Assembly: GCA_905178155.1 (NCBI GenBank)
Contig: CAJINV010000001.1
Coordinates: 12,573,136-12,637,135, forward strand
Direction of reading: 5' to 3'
DNA from: Amoebophrya sp. A120
Taxonomy: Eukaryota > Protista > Dinoflagellata
DNA: 64,000 nt
The number at the start of each line of letters is the position of its first letter. The first letter of the stretch is position 1. Both the position numbers and the translations under genes were made by a program. Below are positions 32,658 through 46,785 of the stretch, in pieces. The notes beneath the pieces were generated by a model that was given only the letters and a program-made list of their open reading frames with translations, did not search any database and was not told the DNA's origin.

Positions 32658-35445
32658 ATGAAGTTGAAGGATACTGTCTCATCAAGGCCGTGGAAGATGC
32701 GGGCAGTGTTTGTGCTCGTTTTTGGATATCTGCAGTTCGATTCTTCTTGCCATGCATGGGCTGCGGTGCTTGTACCTGCACAATCTTCCGATTCCGAGGT
32801 GCGCAACCGGAAGAGGTCTGGGTCTCTGACGCGCTTGGGAGAAGATGTGACACCCCGAGATTCGCGATATAATGCAAACTCCCCGGAGCAAGCAGGGGGT
32901 ACTAGTGGTATGGCCGGGTGGGCAACTGCAGCTGACCCCAAGATGCCAGTGCTGCCCACGGACGGTGGTACGGGGTCCGCATCCTCCTCGATTCCAGCGG
33001 CACGAGCAGCGGGTTCCACTTACGCGTTTGCTGACGCAGCCTCGCCTGTGAGTCCTCCTTATCCAACTCCTACTGACCAAAAACCGAGACCAGTGCCTGC
33101 GTTGAAAGTCCTACCGGGCGATATCAACAAAAAGTCAAAGTGCCCGGTCACTCGCCTCTGTTCCGCACTCGGCACGGCGCGCGGCGTCTGCGCCGTTCTG
33201 TACCGGTTGTTCTGCCTATCTGTAGCCTACGTACCGGGCAAGGTCATTTCCCGTGTTACCGGAAATCCGAAGTCCATTCTTCGGCCGTGGCCGCTGCGCA
33301 CCCTTGCGGACACCGTAAAGGGCTTTCCCTTCGGTCTGGACTTGCAAGTCGAAATGAGCAGACAGGACTACGAGACGATCGTAGCCGAGCTTGGCCACGA
33401 CGTCAAAAGACAAGCGGAAATTGCTGCAGCTGCAAGCTTTAGCCAGGTGAGAACGAGATGATACGGACTGCGTGTAGTTGTGGGTTTTTCTCCATGAGAT
33501 GCAAAATCGATAGCAGGCTAGGAAAATAGAATTGCAACACCACTTGCATGTAAGAAAACCAATTCAACAACAATTCGACTGACAGGAGCTCGACCTGACG
33601 AAAGCCGGTGAAGCCACTTTAAGGGTCGACTTCCCGATTCCGGAAGTGGTCGATTCACGCGAGGACATATACTCCGGTTTGTACGACGACCGCAGCGGTA
33701 CTCGGCAAATCTGGATCAACCGCGAGAAGCCGGAGCTGCAGCTGGTCCGAAAGTTTTTCGGTGCGGGGTACGAGCTGTTTCACTATCCGACGGTTGAGCA
33801 GATCGCTGCCGAAGGCGAAGACGCCGTGCCGCACGACAGCAACACCGAAGCGAATCAGAGAGTAATTATCCGCGCGCCACAAGTGGAACACGTAGCAACG
33901 TACGACACACAAAATGGTGTGTGGAATGTGAAAAAAATCTTCGAAGGAAGCCCCAAAGGAGCTTCTTCCACACCGATAAAGTGGTCCGCCGGAGTCCGGC
34001 CTGCGCACGTGTGTCGTGCTGCGCAGGAGGGGGCGGAAGGTTCTTCATGCCATAAGCAGGTGGTCCGCATCGGACCAGAGTACCCGGAGATACAGCGGCT
34101 CTTTGTTTGGGAACTGATGAAACGGGCCACGATTGCGGTTCCCAACCACGTTTCGCAGTTGGACCCGGTAAATCGTCAGATTGTGATTGTGATTTCCAGT
34201 TGCAGTTGGAACAGCTTGCCTAAAATTCTTTTAGACCCGCGACATGCCTCTCATGTACAGCTTTTTTGAAAGAGCCCCGGCTGCTCCTCGCTGAAACTAA
34301 GGATTTGAATAACATCGATCAAAACAGCTCCTTCTCATGTGCGTGGGCTGGTCACAGGATGAGAAGACTCGGCAGGTCCAGGGTCCGCGTTTTATCTCCC
34401 ACCACGGGGTCAAGGACTACCCCATCTTCGGTTCGGTCTGCTCGGAACTAAACGGAATTTTCGTCGACCGGAACAGCCCCGAGTCGAAGAAGAAGTGCAG
34501 CGAAGCGATCCGCAACCACTGTGCCGATTGGGTGTACAACGCGAATGTGGGCTTGAGCGAGGACCAGCGCCCGCTGGTGATCTTTGCGGAAGGCGGTTTG
34601 TCCAATGGGAAGTCACTGATGCCGCTTCGCTCCGGAGCGTTTCTGGATGCGCAAGCGAAAGTTCGACTGGTGTTGTTGCACTTTGAAAAGCCCGGATTGG
34701 CCGAAGTGCTGTATTACGCACCGAAGGTAAGAAGTACAATGTATGATGACCTATTTTTTGCGTGCTTACTTACTTGATTAGTAGCACGAAGCAGGATATT
34801 TCATGATGATGATGATGATGACGATGATGATGGAGCCCCTGCCATGCTGCGTGAAAAATTGGAATTGCACCTACTTCTCTACTACCTTCTCACCACGTTC
34901 TGCTTCAGGATGCTCCTCTACCAGCGGAGCCCGATTCCGCTGATGTGCCAGCGTGGGACGGTGGTCGCGTTGTAGTTAGGAAAGCCGCGGACGTTTCACG
35001 CGTCGACGAAGAGGAGATCGTCCCGTCAGATGACCCGGATGTATCTGCCGAATCCGGGATGGACCACACGGGCGCACAAGGAGGTGATGGAGTAGCAAAA
35101 CCAATCGACCACGAGGACGCACTGGCGCGGCGGCTGCGGAACAACTTACTCAAGGGTCGGCAAGTCTACGACAATCCTGAGGAGCTGCAGCGCGTGGGTA
35201 CGGGCGAATGGTTTAACCAGCGGGTGCTGCGCGAACTCCCCCGGTCGGGTCGCCGAGTAGTGGTTCTAAAGTTCTTGCCGCTCCAGCAGCCAGAGCGGGG
35301 AGAGTCGTCCCTAGCTTTTCAGCAGCGGGTGGAACACCTAATGAAGACGCAATATGCCGAGTTGTCGGAAAGGCAAGACCGGGACGGGAAAAGTTCGAGC
35401 TCAGACGCAGGAGATGTAACACTGAAGAAGAAAGGGAAGGCATAG
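32658..35445 (+). CDS. Lysophospholipid acyltransferase (PlsC/LPCAT-like); multi-exon
   Basis: NHVSQLD (HxxxxD), IFVDR and LVIFAEGGLSNG...LRSGAF motifs; exon boundaries approximate. Confidence 0.8.
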
Positions 35446-36453
35446 CGAAGAAACAAGCGATAGGCCACGCACTGTGCGAGCCTGTTTTGATAAAATATGT
35501 TCCTTGTGATCCGGTATAAAGATGGAAGTGCAGCCTTACTGCATGGAAGTCAAAGTGGTGATTGACATTGATGTGAGAAGTGTAGTTTTGACAATCTTGA
35601 TCATGTCGCAAGGCATGAAGCCACTGGATTTCTTCGGCAGCCTTCTAAATTTTTAGATCGAGCCGAAATTCTCAGGGCGGCTCATATGGTAGTCACTCTT
35701 GTAGATCTTCTGGTGCAAGAGTAGATCTTTGGGAATACTGGAACAATGATTAAGTCATTTTGTGCATGGGCGTACTTGCAAGCACTGATGCTGAGAATAA
35801 AGGTCTGATAAAGCTACTGTTGTCAACATAATCATGCCCGCAAGGATGTAAAATACGTATTCGTATTCGATTTCGAAGAATGATTGGTCAACCCGCTGTG
35901 CCGTACTTGCCTACTTATACAATTATTTGCTGCACAAGGAAAATGAATCTTGAAAAAACGCTGTCGTGTGGTAGTTGCTGAACCTTATTCGATAAATTCC
36001 CTTTCCCGAGGGTCAGTTTTTTTTTTATTAAATGGAGTTCTGCGAGGAAGAGGAAGAGCAAGAGCAAGATGAAACTTCATGGCGATGATCTTGATCACCC
36101 AGCAGCTTCGCTCCGAAAGATCTGATTGAAATGCAGGACGTTCACAGAGTACAACTACGATCCTGGAACCCAAAAAGACAATAGGATTGATTATAGGCCC
36201 GCTCATGAGAAAATTGGATTCAGACTGATTCAGTTGCGGATCTTCACGGCATGCCATGAGTCAATACGACAAATAAGACTTCGAATAGCAAACGTAAACA
36301 GCGAGCCAAATGAGAGGAATTTTCTTTAGCGACAATCTTTGGGCGGCACTTTATTCTAAGCGTTTCCACTGATGTAGCAGTTTCGTAACAGGATGAGATG
36401 TGAGTTTTTGATTGCTGATCGCGTATAATGACGAGTTTCATCTTACCGACATC

Positions 36454-38442
36454 ATGAACATTCATTTCGAGCACGCACTGGCTGTCAATTCCGGCGGTGT
36501 CTCCGTGATTCCGCGAAATTTGAAATGGCGTGGCGAAAACCTTCTGACCACCGCAGACGACCATGTCTTGCGGGTGTTTCGGGGTGCAAGAGCCAGCGAC
36601 AAATCCGAGAATGCTACCGCATTCCAGCTCGCAGCCGAGTACCATTGTGGTGAGCCTGTTCTTGATTTCTGTTGGGCACACGAGAGCAGGAGGCGAGAAA
36701 GCCCAGAGCCGGGTGAACATCGCGATGGAAATGCTCTTCATTCCGCCTCCCGAGAAGGGGATGACTCGCACGGGGTTGTTGCACCTCAAGACGAGGTGTC
36801 CAGCATACAAGCCGCAGGCATCGATTCTGTGGTCGCGGCTGAAGCGGGTGTCGAAAGTACTGCTTCTGGACCCGCAGCGGACCACACGGCGACGATAGAA
36901 TCTTCGGGAGCAGAATCTCTGAAAGTAGGCGACACTGGGAAACATTTCAAGTTCAACAGCGACCCCAGCTCAAACTCTCCGCGATTCTTTGTTTCCTGTC
37001 GCGGTAGACCCATTCATCTGATGGGGTTCACGGACGAAGCAGGAGATGAAGCGAGCGAGCAGCAGCTTGCGATCATCGGCAGCTACCCTGGTTACAACAA
37101 CGTAGACGAGGTAACTCACGCGTTTTCGCTTGCGACTTCTTCCACCCACATCTTCGGCGGGTACGAATCTGCGGTCCGCATGTTCGACGTGAACCGCCCG
37201 GGGTACCGGAACCGAACGGAGTTGCTGACGAGCACGCGGAAGCGAAACTTCGGCAAGGACAGTCCGCACGGCATCATCGGTGCGCTGTCATTCAACGAAG
37301 CGACGCAGGCACTGTGTGTCGGTAGTTACAACGGACAAATTGCGGTGTACGACCCGTTTCGGAGTCGGAACATGGTGTGGAAACAGGAGATAGGGACAAA
37401 TCCCGAGGTGCGGTATAACAGACCAGCGACAGGCAATAGCAAAGCGGCGAAGAAAAAGAAAGTAAGGCCTCCGCGAGAGTTGTTGCGGAGTTTCTGCGAA
37501 GTAGCTCCTGGAGATGAAGGCAATAGCAATTCCAGCAGTCGGATGGGCGGGATTACGCAGTTGGAGTGGATTGACGAGTACTGCGTTCTGTCCGGGCACC
37601 GCAAGGACCACTATCTCCGCTTCTGGGATTTGAGGATGAACCAGCGCGGCCCGGTTTACCGTCTGCCGAGGAGCAGCATGAAGACGTCGCAGCGCTTGCA
37701 GTTTTGCGTCACCGACTACTGCTGCATGAGTGGCGACGACCAGGGAAACCTGCACTGGTACCGCTTGGACACTGGTGAGTGTGTCAGGAGCGAATTTCTG
37801 GGTGCGGAGGAGGTGGTGAGTGGCTGCGATTGGTCACTGGAATCGCCGTTCATCGCAACGTGCCAAGGCAGCCGGAAGTTCGTAGAGGACGAAGCATACG
37901 AAGTTTTTGATCGAAGAAGTAAATGCTCAGGCGGTCTGCCGAAGGCATTCGACTCCGAGTTACTTCGCCTGAAGCGAAGACGGGTGGATCATGGAGATGA
38001 CGTGCAAAATACAAAGAGCATGTTTCAGCAGAGTGGCACTGCCGTGTCCTCTATTCCGGAGGTGTGCGAAAGCGACGATTTTTCTGCGGACCCGCAGGCG
38101 AATTTATTTAGGATCTGGCGAATGGGTGGACAGGAAGCGATCGCTGCGCCAGGGAAGCAGAATCCTCATGATGAGAGGGTCCGGAGTGTTGATGGTGATG
38201 CACATGCACTCATTGAAAATGTGCAGCAAGAAACAAACGCTTCGCAACAAAACCAGGACGGTAGTGGGGAGGCCGAAAGAATTTCACAAGCACGAGTGAA
38301 GACGGGGATTGCTATCCGTAGTGGCTGTGTTGTAGACGCGGCGACAGCGAGTTCAAATATTATCGAGTCGAGCAATGTTGCGCCCTGTTCTAGCATTTTG
38401 GTTGGCCCATCACTGGCAGCAGCTGGAATTTCAGTTCTTTGA
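36454..38442 (+). CDS. WRAP53: WD40 protein, telomerase Cajal body protein 1 (WRAP53/TCAB1/WDR79)-like
   Basis: RGRPIHL, SYPGYNNVDEVTHAFSL, VRMFDVNRPG, GGITQL, SGHRKD...WDLR and TSQRLQF match remembered TCAB1 motifs. Start uncertain. Confidence 0.82.
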   Translation: MNIHFEHALAVNSGGVSVIPRNLKWRGENLLTTADDHVLRVFRGARASDKSENATAFQLAAEYHCGEPVLDFCWAHESRRRESPEPGEHRDGNALHSASREGDDSHGVVAPQDEVSSIQAAGIDSVVAAEAGVESTASGPAADHTATIESSGAESLKVGDTGKHFKFNSDPSSNSPRFFVSCRGRPIHLMGFTDEAGDEASEQQLAIIGSYPGYNNVDEVTHAFSLATSSTHIFGGYESAVRMFDVNRPGYRNRTELLTSTRKRNFGKDSPHGIIGALSFNEATQALCVGSYNGQIAVYDPFRSRNMVWKQEIGTNPEVRYNRPATGNSKAAKKKKVRPPRELLRSFCEVAPGDEGNSNSSSRMGGITQLEWIDEYCVLSGHRKDHYLRFWDLRMNQRGPVYRLPRSSMKTSQRLQFCVTDYCCMSGDDQGNLHWYRLDTGECVRSEFLGAEEVVSGCDWSLESPFIATCQGSRKFVEDEAYEVFDRRSKCSGGLPKAFDSELLRLKRRRVDHGDDVQNTKSMFQQSGTAVSSIPEVCESDDFSADPQANLFRIWRMGGQEAIAAPGKQNPHDERVRSVDGDAHALIENVQQETNASQQNQDGSGEAERISQARVKTGIAIRSGCVVDAATASSNIIESSNVAPCSSILVGPSLAAAGISVL

Positions 38443-40176
38443 TGGATGCCGTGATGTCAATGCGAAGAAACACGATCTCCATCCGGGCGCAAAAAATAAT
38501 CAAAGAAGAGCAATTATAGTACAAAAGCGCACTTTGGGCGCTATTACCTTTGAGAACAAGATGAGTACCTGTGTTCAGTGCCGCGAGGCTCAGCTTTCTT
38601 TGGCGCTATCTGTTTAGTTGCTTGCGTCGCTGTTTTGGATTCAAAGTATCCGCGAGCCCCTTCCTGGCTGCCGGCTTTGGGCCTGTGTTATTGGTCAAAG
38701 GCCTTTGCGTTTGTTTTTTGCGCAGCAGGATCGTTCCAGTGGCTCCGAAGTGCGCCCCGTGGCGAAGAGGGGCCCCGGCCAGTGCTACGCCTACGCGGTC
38801 GCGTGGCACATGGCTGCGCGCCTGGTTGTTTGGCGAGAAGGGGAGAGCGGGGCGCGCGCGGGGGAGTCTGTTCCGAGACCTGCGCGTCGCGGATAAGAGG
38901 CGCGGCGCCATGAAGTAAGGCCGGCCGCTTACTTACCGAACGAAGCAGCGAGAAGCTTGGGGCGTGGGCCAGCAAACTCCTCAGCATTGCGGCGGCGGCC
39001 GACGGGGCGGGCGTCCAGTCGCGAGCCCTCCCGTTGGAATGTCGCCCATGTTTCCCATTTGCCAGGCAACGGCGCCGGGCATATGCGCCAGGCTGCAAGC
39101 TTTGGCGCCTTGGAGGCCCGGAGCTCCGCGGGTTGGCCTTCCCAGGCGCCGGGGGAATTCCCCCCGGACTGCAGGAGAGCCCGGCGCTGCGGATACTCGG
39201 AAGAAGAAGAGAAAGCGCGCGGCGCGAAGAGTCTGCGCCCCCCCCCCCCCTCCCCCCGGTTGGCTGTCCCGCGCGGGGCGGCCGGCGCGCGCCGCTGTGT
39301 TTTCGCACCGGCCGGGCCGCCGCGGCGTGAGTTTGTTTCCGGGCGGCCTTTTCCGGAACCATTGCCCGTCGCCGAATTTCGCCGCGGACGCCTTGTCGCG
39401 GTTCATCTTCACGAGTTGGCCGGAGGACACGGCGGCGCGCTTCGCGGCCTGCCTGATCATTTTCGCGCGCGCCAAGTGACCCCAGCCGCCGCGGCGGCCT
39501 CAGAAGGACCCGGCCCGGCCCCGGCGCCGAGCAGCGCGAGCGGCCTGCGCGCCGTCGCTTGAAGTGCGGCGGCGGGGCCGCCTCTGGCGCGGCCGCTTAT
39601 TTGATATTCCGAACGGCCCAAGGGCCTCGGGCAATTTCTGCAGGCAGCCAGCCCCGGGCGGGCGCCGCTGTGTTGCCGCCGGGAAAGCGGCAGGCGCCGC
39701 GTGGGCTCGTGGCGGATATAGGCGCCGGGCTTGCTGGGGGTGCCCCGTTTTGCCCCCTCTGGGTGGGCCGCGCGTATGGTGTTGCATGCTTCGCGCGTTG
39801 CCCCCAGTCTCGCTAATTCTCGAGCTCGGCCCGCCTGCCTCCATGGAAAGGGCCGGGCGCGGGGTCGCGACGCGGCCACTCTCCTTCACATGTACGTAGC
39901 CAGGACATGCTTCAAGGCTGATCATACTCATTGCGATCGCGGGGCCGCATGGTCCGCTGCGTAGCCAGCGCCGTGATGTCGATCGGCGATCCAACGGAGG
40001 GCGTATTCGTTTGTTCTAAGAGTACAAATCTCACCACGACCCATGAGCGTCATGTCAGAGGGGAGCTGCAATGCATTGATATGCAGGCTCGTGTGCAACT
40101 TCATTATCATTTTTCAGCAATATTATGAGTGCTCTCTCTTTGCAGCAACATAGCGCAGTTACGGAAAATCGGTACA

Positions 40177-43100
40177 ATGGTGGCAGCCCAGTTTCCATCG
40201 TTGTTGACCTGCGCGACTCCCCGCGACAGGAAAAGCTTTCGTCTCAAGGCCGATCAGTTTCTGGAAAACCTGTGCCGCCGGTTCGACGCTGAGGGCGCCG
40301 GTAGCTCGAGTGCTGCGTCCTCGGAAAGCTCCTCCAGCGCCACGAGGCAGAAGCGATGGTGGCTTCCCGGGTTTCTATCGCTTTCCTCAGGCAAAGCAGG
40401 ACGATCCGGTGGCGCCACCAGAAAAATAGATAGTGCACGGCAGACCACGTCGAACCATGCTCAGTGCACGCGGTGTTGTGTTTTACTCGAGTTTCTAGAC
40501 TTTGTCAGCGCACAGCCGCGGGGATGCAGCCTCCGGGACGTGGTTTCCGCAGCGAGCGCAGACATGCTTCTGTTGCGAATCTTGACATGGGTCACCTTGA
40601 AAGCGAACTCCTTAGCCGGCGGAGCAAGCGCAGCATCACCGGCACGAAGAAAGAAAAGGAAGGATGGAAAGCACGGCACGACACCGGCTATACTCGATAT
40701 CCTGAACTTGCAGTGTCGTGCGATACTCTGCTTTCTGCGCACGCCTTCCGATCTTCGGGAGTTCGGTCCGGTGGTGGTGCAGTCGGGAGCTGTTATCACG
40801 TTTGTCACCATCCTCACACCGCACTGGACGCTCGGAGATCCGCGGGAGGAAGAAGTCGTGGAAAAAGTTGCAAGAATCTTCACCAGGCTGTTGCAAATAC
40901 CCGAAAGATTGGATGAGATCGAAAGTGACGGGAAACCGCACGGCGCAAAACCCATTGCTGGTTGTACTACTTCCGTCCGCCAGCTGCTTTGCAACACATT
41001 GGATTTGGTTGCTGCCGCGAAGGGCTGCCTCACGAACCTGCTTACCTCTCCCGCCTGCGCGGCCGTTGTCGACCTGCTCGTCGCCTGCTTCAAGGGCAGT
41101 GGCGACGAGGTGCAGCGACAGGTATTGGAAGCTGTCCTCGACCTCCTTTCCTCAGACCGGACGCACAGGACGACCACACTTGTGAAGCGGCACACGTTGA
41201 TTCTCCTTCACCGTCTCTTCCTCACCGAAGAGGAGTTTCCCGAGCCAGGAGGCGACGTGCAAACCAAGTATCCGTTTCTACTTCTGAAAATTGTGAAGCG
41301 CGTAGCGGAGTTAGCCTTCTCTACAGATACGCATGAAGAGGCGCAAGCGGTGTTTGAGCAAGAAGTTTCTAAGCAGGAAGCAGGACAAGACCAAAATAGG
41401 ATCCATCCGTCTGAAAAATTTACGGATTCGCAAATCGCGAGCTGTACGGCACCGGGTAAACTTGCGTTGGCCATGGAGGCAGACATTTGTGGAGGGAACG
41501 CAGAGCGAAGTAGGGACGCCTCGACTGATTTTGCGGAGAAAACCACAGGCGTAGTAACAAAAAACCAGTGCCCATCAACATTGTCAACACTCCAGTTGCA
41601 CGCTCGACCTGCGCACCCCTACTTCTTTGAAGGGAAGAAAGTGACCGAAGAGATACAGGCTGGAATTGTGACCACGCTTGACTGTGCAGTTGTAGGAGTG
41701 ACAACAAACGCGTCCAGCAGTCAGCGACCTGAGGAAGTGGTAGAGCAGTCCTCGCCGCGTGATGGTGCTAGTAGTACCGATGTAGGTGTCGAAAAAAATT
41801 TCGCCAATGACTCATCTCCGGGTCCCACCGGGCAAGCAGATCAGTGCTCCACTTTTCTCACCTCCACTGGCGCGAAGGAGGGGCGCGGAGGACAAGCAGT
41901 TGGCAAATCGACATCAGGAAAAGACCGCATTCTCGACTCCTCATCTTGGGGGCCACTAGTGCTCGTGGAAAATAACAACCCGAGTCCTCCGCCTTCGTTT
42001 GCAGCAGAGCGGATCATGCAGAGCGGACAGCAGTCTCCTGGGCGATTTGAACCTCCGTCAGGTTCTTCATGCTCGTCAGTAAACGAGCCGCAACATTTGG
42101 TGCTAGCCACGGAGGCCCTGCTGTGCCTCAAGGACACTGCTAGTTTTCTCCAAGCCGACGTTCTGGAGCTTTCAGAGACCTTGCTGCTCCACCTCACCGA
42201 AGAACTAGACCAACACTTGGCACAGCTGGAGATCGACGCCAGAGGTTCGTGCAACCAAATGCACTACGCGTGTTTGCAGCAGGCCGGGGAGGGAGCCGGC
42301 GGAGTCGGAGTGAGGGTCGGAGCAAGCACGATCTTGTCCTCAGGTAGTTGCAAAAGAAGTTCTCCCGACGCTCACTTGGTCCGTTCCATCCAGGAGTTGT
42401 CCGATCTTCTCGCCACCGAATCCGTTCGTCAAATCGAGGCCCGGATGATGACCGCACGTGGCGCGACGACGCGCAAAGGCTCGAAAAGTAAAACTGTCCA
42501 CGATTATCCCTGTCCGCTCCTCTGCTTCATCCGCGAGTCTCACGCAGCGGCCTTTATGGATTGGGACGTCGGCATTGCGCTGCCGTATCCTGAGTAAAAA
42601 CGTACCCACACCAGAGTCAGGATGGGGATTTTGCAACACAAACCTAGGAGTTTTGTGAGTCACGCATGACAAGTTGCACTCTGCAGTGTAGTGCAGGTTA
42701 GCAAGTGCAGCCGCGTCACAGATTCATCTGCTCATCCTGTTCACAGCATCACAAATTCCAAAACACGATTGGAAATGGCTCTCATGGGGATGCGCATTAC
42801 AAGTCTTCCTGTCTTTGCAAATCTGCATTACAACTCTGGCGTGGGTACGTTTTTACTGAGGATATGCCGCCCGTGTTGCTCATCGCGGTTTTGAAAGCAG
42901 ATGGCGTCTTTTTCCCTGCAGCAGATTCTTCGGGCCAGTTCGAGCGCAAATTCGCGCAGTTCGCCACGATTACGTTGATCTGGGACTTCGTGTTTTATCT
43001 GCTGTCGCAAAACTTGTGCAGCTATTCTGGTGCCTGTGCCTCCGATAAAACTGCGCTTCTGCGAAAGTTCGCAATTCACCTGTTCGCCTTCTGCATCGAT

Positions 43101-46100
43101 GCAGTTCGGGTGCCGTGCTTTTTGCGTGAGACGGCGTTTTTTTACCTGAAGCACTTGCTGGCTTTCCACAGTGTCGGAACTATCGGGAATAGAAGCGGTC
43201 ACAGAAGTGGTCCAGCACCAGGCACAACCTCATTACTGCCACCTGCAGCGGAAAACTTGGTCTTTCGCAGCGGAAATGCGAGCGCACTTTTCAGTGTCGA
43301 CTTGACACCGATCCGCTTCCAGCTTCGACATTTCTCTACCAGTACGTCTCTGCTGGCTTTGCAAGCGGGTCGCGATGAAGAAGAGTTCCCGCATGAAGAT
43401 AATCCCCTTGTTTCGACAGGACAGGCGGGGATATTTGCGCGCCAGATCTCGGCCCTGGTATCCGCGGCAACAAGACCGGACACACTAGTCAGCGTCGGCA
43501 AGGAGCTGCAGCTACAGCAGATCATGCTGGAGCGAGACTTCGAGGAGCTGCTCGGCGAACAATTTCACCTGGATGGCGGAGGTGACGACGCAGCTGCAGA
43601 GCGGGTGCCGAAGAGTGCTGCGCCCGAAGCAGACGACGTGCTGATTGATGACGCACGTGGACACAACGCGCAGGGCCGAACGAAATTTGACGGCGCAGCA
43701 ACATCACCAGAGAATCAGATCGGAGATACTGAACCACGCGAGGACGGCTCCGTTTCCTCGAGTGAGAACGACACAGCGGATTTGCGACGCGAACCTCGAT
43801 GGCGCAAGCAGAATTTGTTTTTTGGCGCGGAACGCACTGGCGGCACTGTCAACTTTCTCCCCCTGCCTGATTTCCGTCTCCGACGACGGCTCAGAGACGT
43901 CTTCGAGCTTTGCGAACGGCGATTGCGGCTTGAAAAGGAACAAGCCGAGCTCCTGCGCAGCGCAGAAGACGATGTGAGGAAGGGCAAAAGTAGCGACGTC
44001 CTTGTCCCTGCGCGGACAGGTGGGAAGAAAACTGCCCTGCTTGGTGAAGACGCGTTGCTTCGTGCCGCTGAGCTGGCCTTGCTTTCCTTGGAGGAGCAGG
44101 CAGCCTTGGGGAGGCAAATAGTCGACTCATCCACGTTGACGGAAAAGTTGCAGAGCATGTTGGCGAACGTGCAGGTCATCCGCGAAGAGCCCCCACGAAG
44201 TGCGACGGAAAGGCACCGCAAGAAGCTCCGTAGAAGAAAAGAGAGACTACGAAGGAAAGCCGCGAAGATTCTGAAGGAAAATACAGATCGGCAAGAGTGG
44301 TCGTGCTCTTCGCCGGGATCGAAAAGCAGCCTGGAAGAAGACGACAGCATTTGTGAGAACACTGACACTGATGTGCACCGACTAGCGCTCCTCCGTGCGG
44401 ATAACGACGATGCTCGGGTGGATGAACACAAGTCTTTGGCAGGTCCGAGGAGAAGAAAATCCCCTTCGTCGACAGCGCCCTTGCAGCAGACTATCACCAC
44501 AAGCGTACAGCGCATCGTCCCGGATCTGGTCGATCCGTTGTTTGACGATGCCAGCCTGTGTTCCACGCTGACGCACGCCTCAGCACTGCCAGCGTTCGAA
44601 GTAGGGATCGTTCCAGGCCGTGGCACCACGGAGCATATTCCTGAGCCGGTTCATCGTATCCGTCCTTCAGAGGCGAAACTCGGACCCGCATTTTCCTTTG
44701 ATCAATTGGCTGAAGACCTTTGCGATCATGATTCAGGAAAGCAGGAGGACAAGGACAACAGAGTCGGGCGCGCCAGTGTGACGTTTTGTTCTGGAGACCC
44801 GGCAGCGTCCGTGCTGAAAGAAGAAGAGGAGGATCATGCTGATGGCCAACGCGATCGTTACAGCGATACGGTTGCAGCTGCACCGTGGTCCGTACCCTCT
44901 GCGTCAAGGCTGAAGCTGCAGTCTGACGAGCATAAAAAAACCCAGAAGCTTGAAGAACTTTCAACAACATCTCCAGAACGTCGGAAGTATCTTGCACCAG
45001 AAATTGTAGCAGCGCAGCAGAACAATGTGGCCCGCGCAAAGCAACGGCAGCCTGTAGTGAGTGCAGCTGCAGCCTCGTTATCCAACCCCCATCACGATAC
45101 AGAGGCTCTGTCAGTCGGGTGGAGCTACCAGTCCGTCGTTCCGGCACTGAAGCCGCGTCGGCGCAAGCGGTTCTACATCCCAGCGGTAGGGGGAAAGCCA
45201 GTTTCGGCCGACGATCCGCTGCTGGCACCGTATGCGGGAGAAGGTACCTCCACGAACAATCCGTCCATTGCGCCGCCGCGTCTCTCGCACGTTTCCGACC
45301 TAAGAGATTGCGCACCTCCGGACGATGTTGCTTGGAATCAAAAGCAAAACAGCTCGGAGCAGGTCGATGTTTGCTCACCCTCTGCAAACCGAGCCGCAAT
45401 ACAAGGCATACCGCAGCAGGGGGATTTTGTTCAGCAAGACCCAGCATCTCGGAATATCAGTAGCCGTCTAGAAGCGCTAGCCCTGCCGCGAAATAGCACG
45501 TCTACACACAGCAAGCCTGCAAGTCACGGTTTGTCCTCGAAACTTCTGACCGTTCACCAGAACCTTCGGACGCGCGGCGTTGCTGCTCTAGGATCAGGTG
45601 CTGTCAACATGGGGACGAGAAAATCCGGTTCTAGACTTGAAGTCGGTACCAAGCAAGCAATCACATCAATCGGGGCTCCTGGTGCGCTCCTGCATCAAAA
45701 AGAAGAACATCGCCGTGTTGATCACAAGGAAGGGGAGAGGACAACTTCCCGCGCGATCAGTCTGCACAAAAGCGACGCAGATTTACGGCAGCAGCCGAGC
45801 TGTTCGAAGAAAGCCCGCATGCCAGCGATTTATGAAGAGTGGACGTACAGCCAGCTTTGGGACAAGCAGAAAGGAAAAAACTGCGAGGACATCAAGAGTG
45901 GTCTGCTGCGTTGTGATGTCGAAAATCATACGGAAGCAGGTGTGGCAGTAGAGGCTGACACTTCATCCCAGGTTGCTATTGCGGAGGAGCCAGAGGAAAA
46001 GGGATCAAAGATGACCTCCGACGAGGCATCGTCAGCGGGGAGGGAGGGCCGGGCCGTTGGAGAAAAGACGGCTGTTCCTGCGAATTCCGCTCGAGCTTCC

Positions 46101-46370
46101 CGGGGACAACTACGTGAGGACGACTGTCAAGATGCCGGCACTCCTGTTGATGTCGAGAAAAAGATCCTGCAATCTTTCCGTGTGGTTGCAAAGGATTTCC
46201 CACCGAGCCCGCCGGCCGCAGAGCGGAATCGTTTGAGCAGCCTGCGGAAGGAGTTTTTGTTCTCGTGCGCCAAAAAGCAGCTGCGGGAGATTGAAAGGGC
46301 GGCCGCTGGAGTGGTCGTGGAGCAGCAGCCTAAGGATGCAGAGTCGGACGATGGCTCGATGTTAATCTAA
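40177..46370 (+). CDS. Large (~1970 aa) hypothetical protein; exons 40177-42585 and 42870-46370
   Basis: Two long ORFs fuse in frame (GIALP|PVLLIAV) when the introner plus one TGCCG is removed. No family recognised. Confidence 0.75.
42586..42864. mobile_element. Introner/MITE family B, 279 bp (reverse orientation relative to 445-723)
   Basis: TIRs TATCCTGAGTAAAAACGTACCCAC / GTGGGTACGTTTTTACTGAGGATA; direct repeat TGCCG at 42581-42585 and 42865-42869. Confidence 0.93.
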
Positions 46371-46785
46371 GTCCATGCATGTATTTGTTTCATGATGCTA
46401 TAATTAATGAATGTAAAATTCTTGTATCGAGAAGGGCTTTTATCTTTGTGTGTTAGTTTGTACAATTCAAGTGAAAATGTATCCGATGCGATTTTCATGT
46501 AACAGCAAAACAAAACGGACATCCAAATAGTGAAAAATGCCATGTCGAAAGGTTTGAGTTTAGTAGAATCACAAGTGAAAGAAAAAGTAGAGTTTGAACT
46601 ACAATCAGTATGCCGTGCAAATAAAGCCAAGTTGCAACATGGAAACTGGCTAGGAGAAGCCGAGCGATTCGGCCTGTGCCTGTGCTGTCGTATGCTTGTT
46701 CTGTTTTCGAAGAAAGATCCATCACCATTCTGGGCCACTTGTTCTCATTTTTTTGCTGAGTGTAGTCACTGTGAATCGTGTTTTG

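Noticed and set aside
34803-34831. (GAT)n microsatellite, also (TCA)n at ~14464-14484
   Set aside because: Ordinary short intronic microsatellites.
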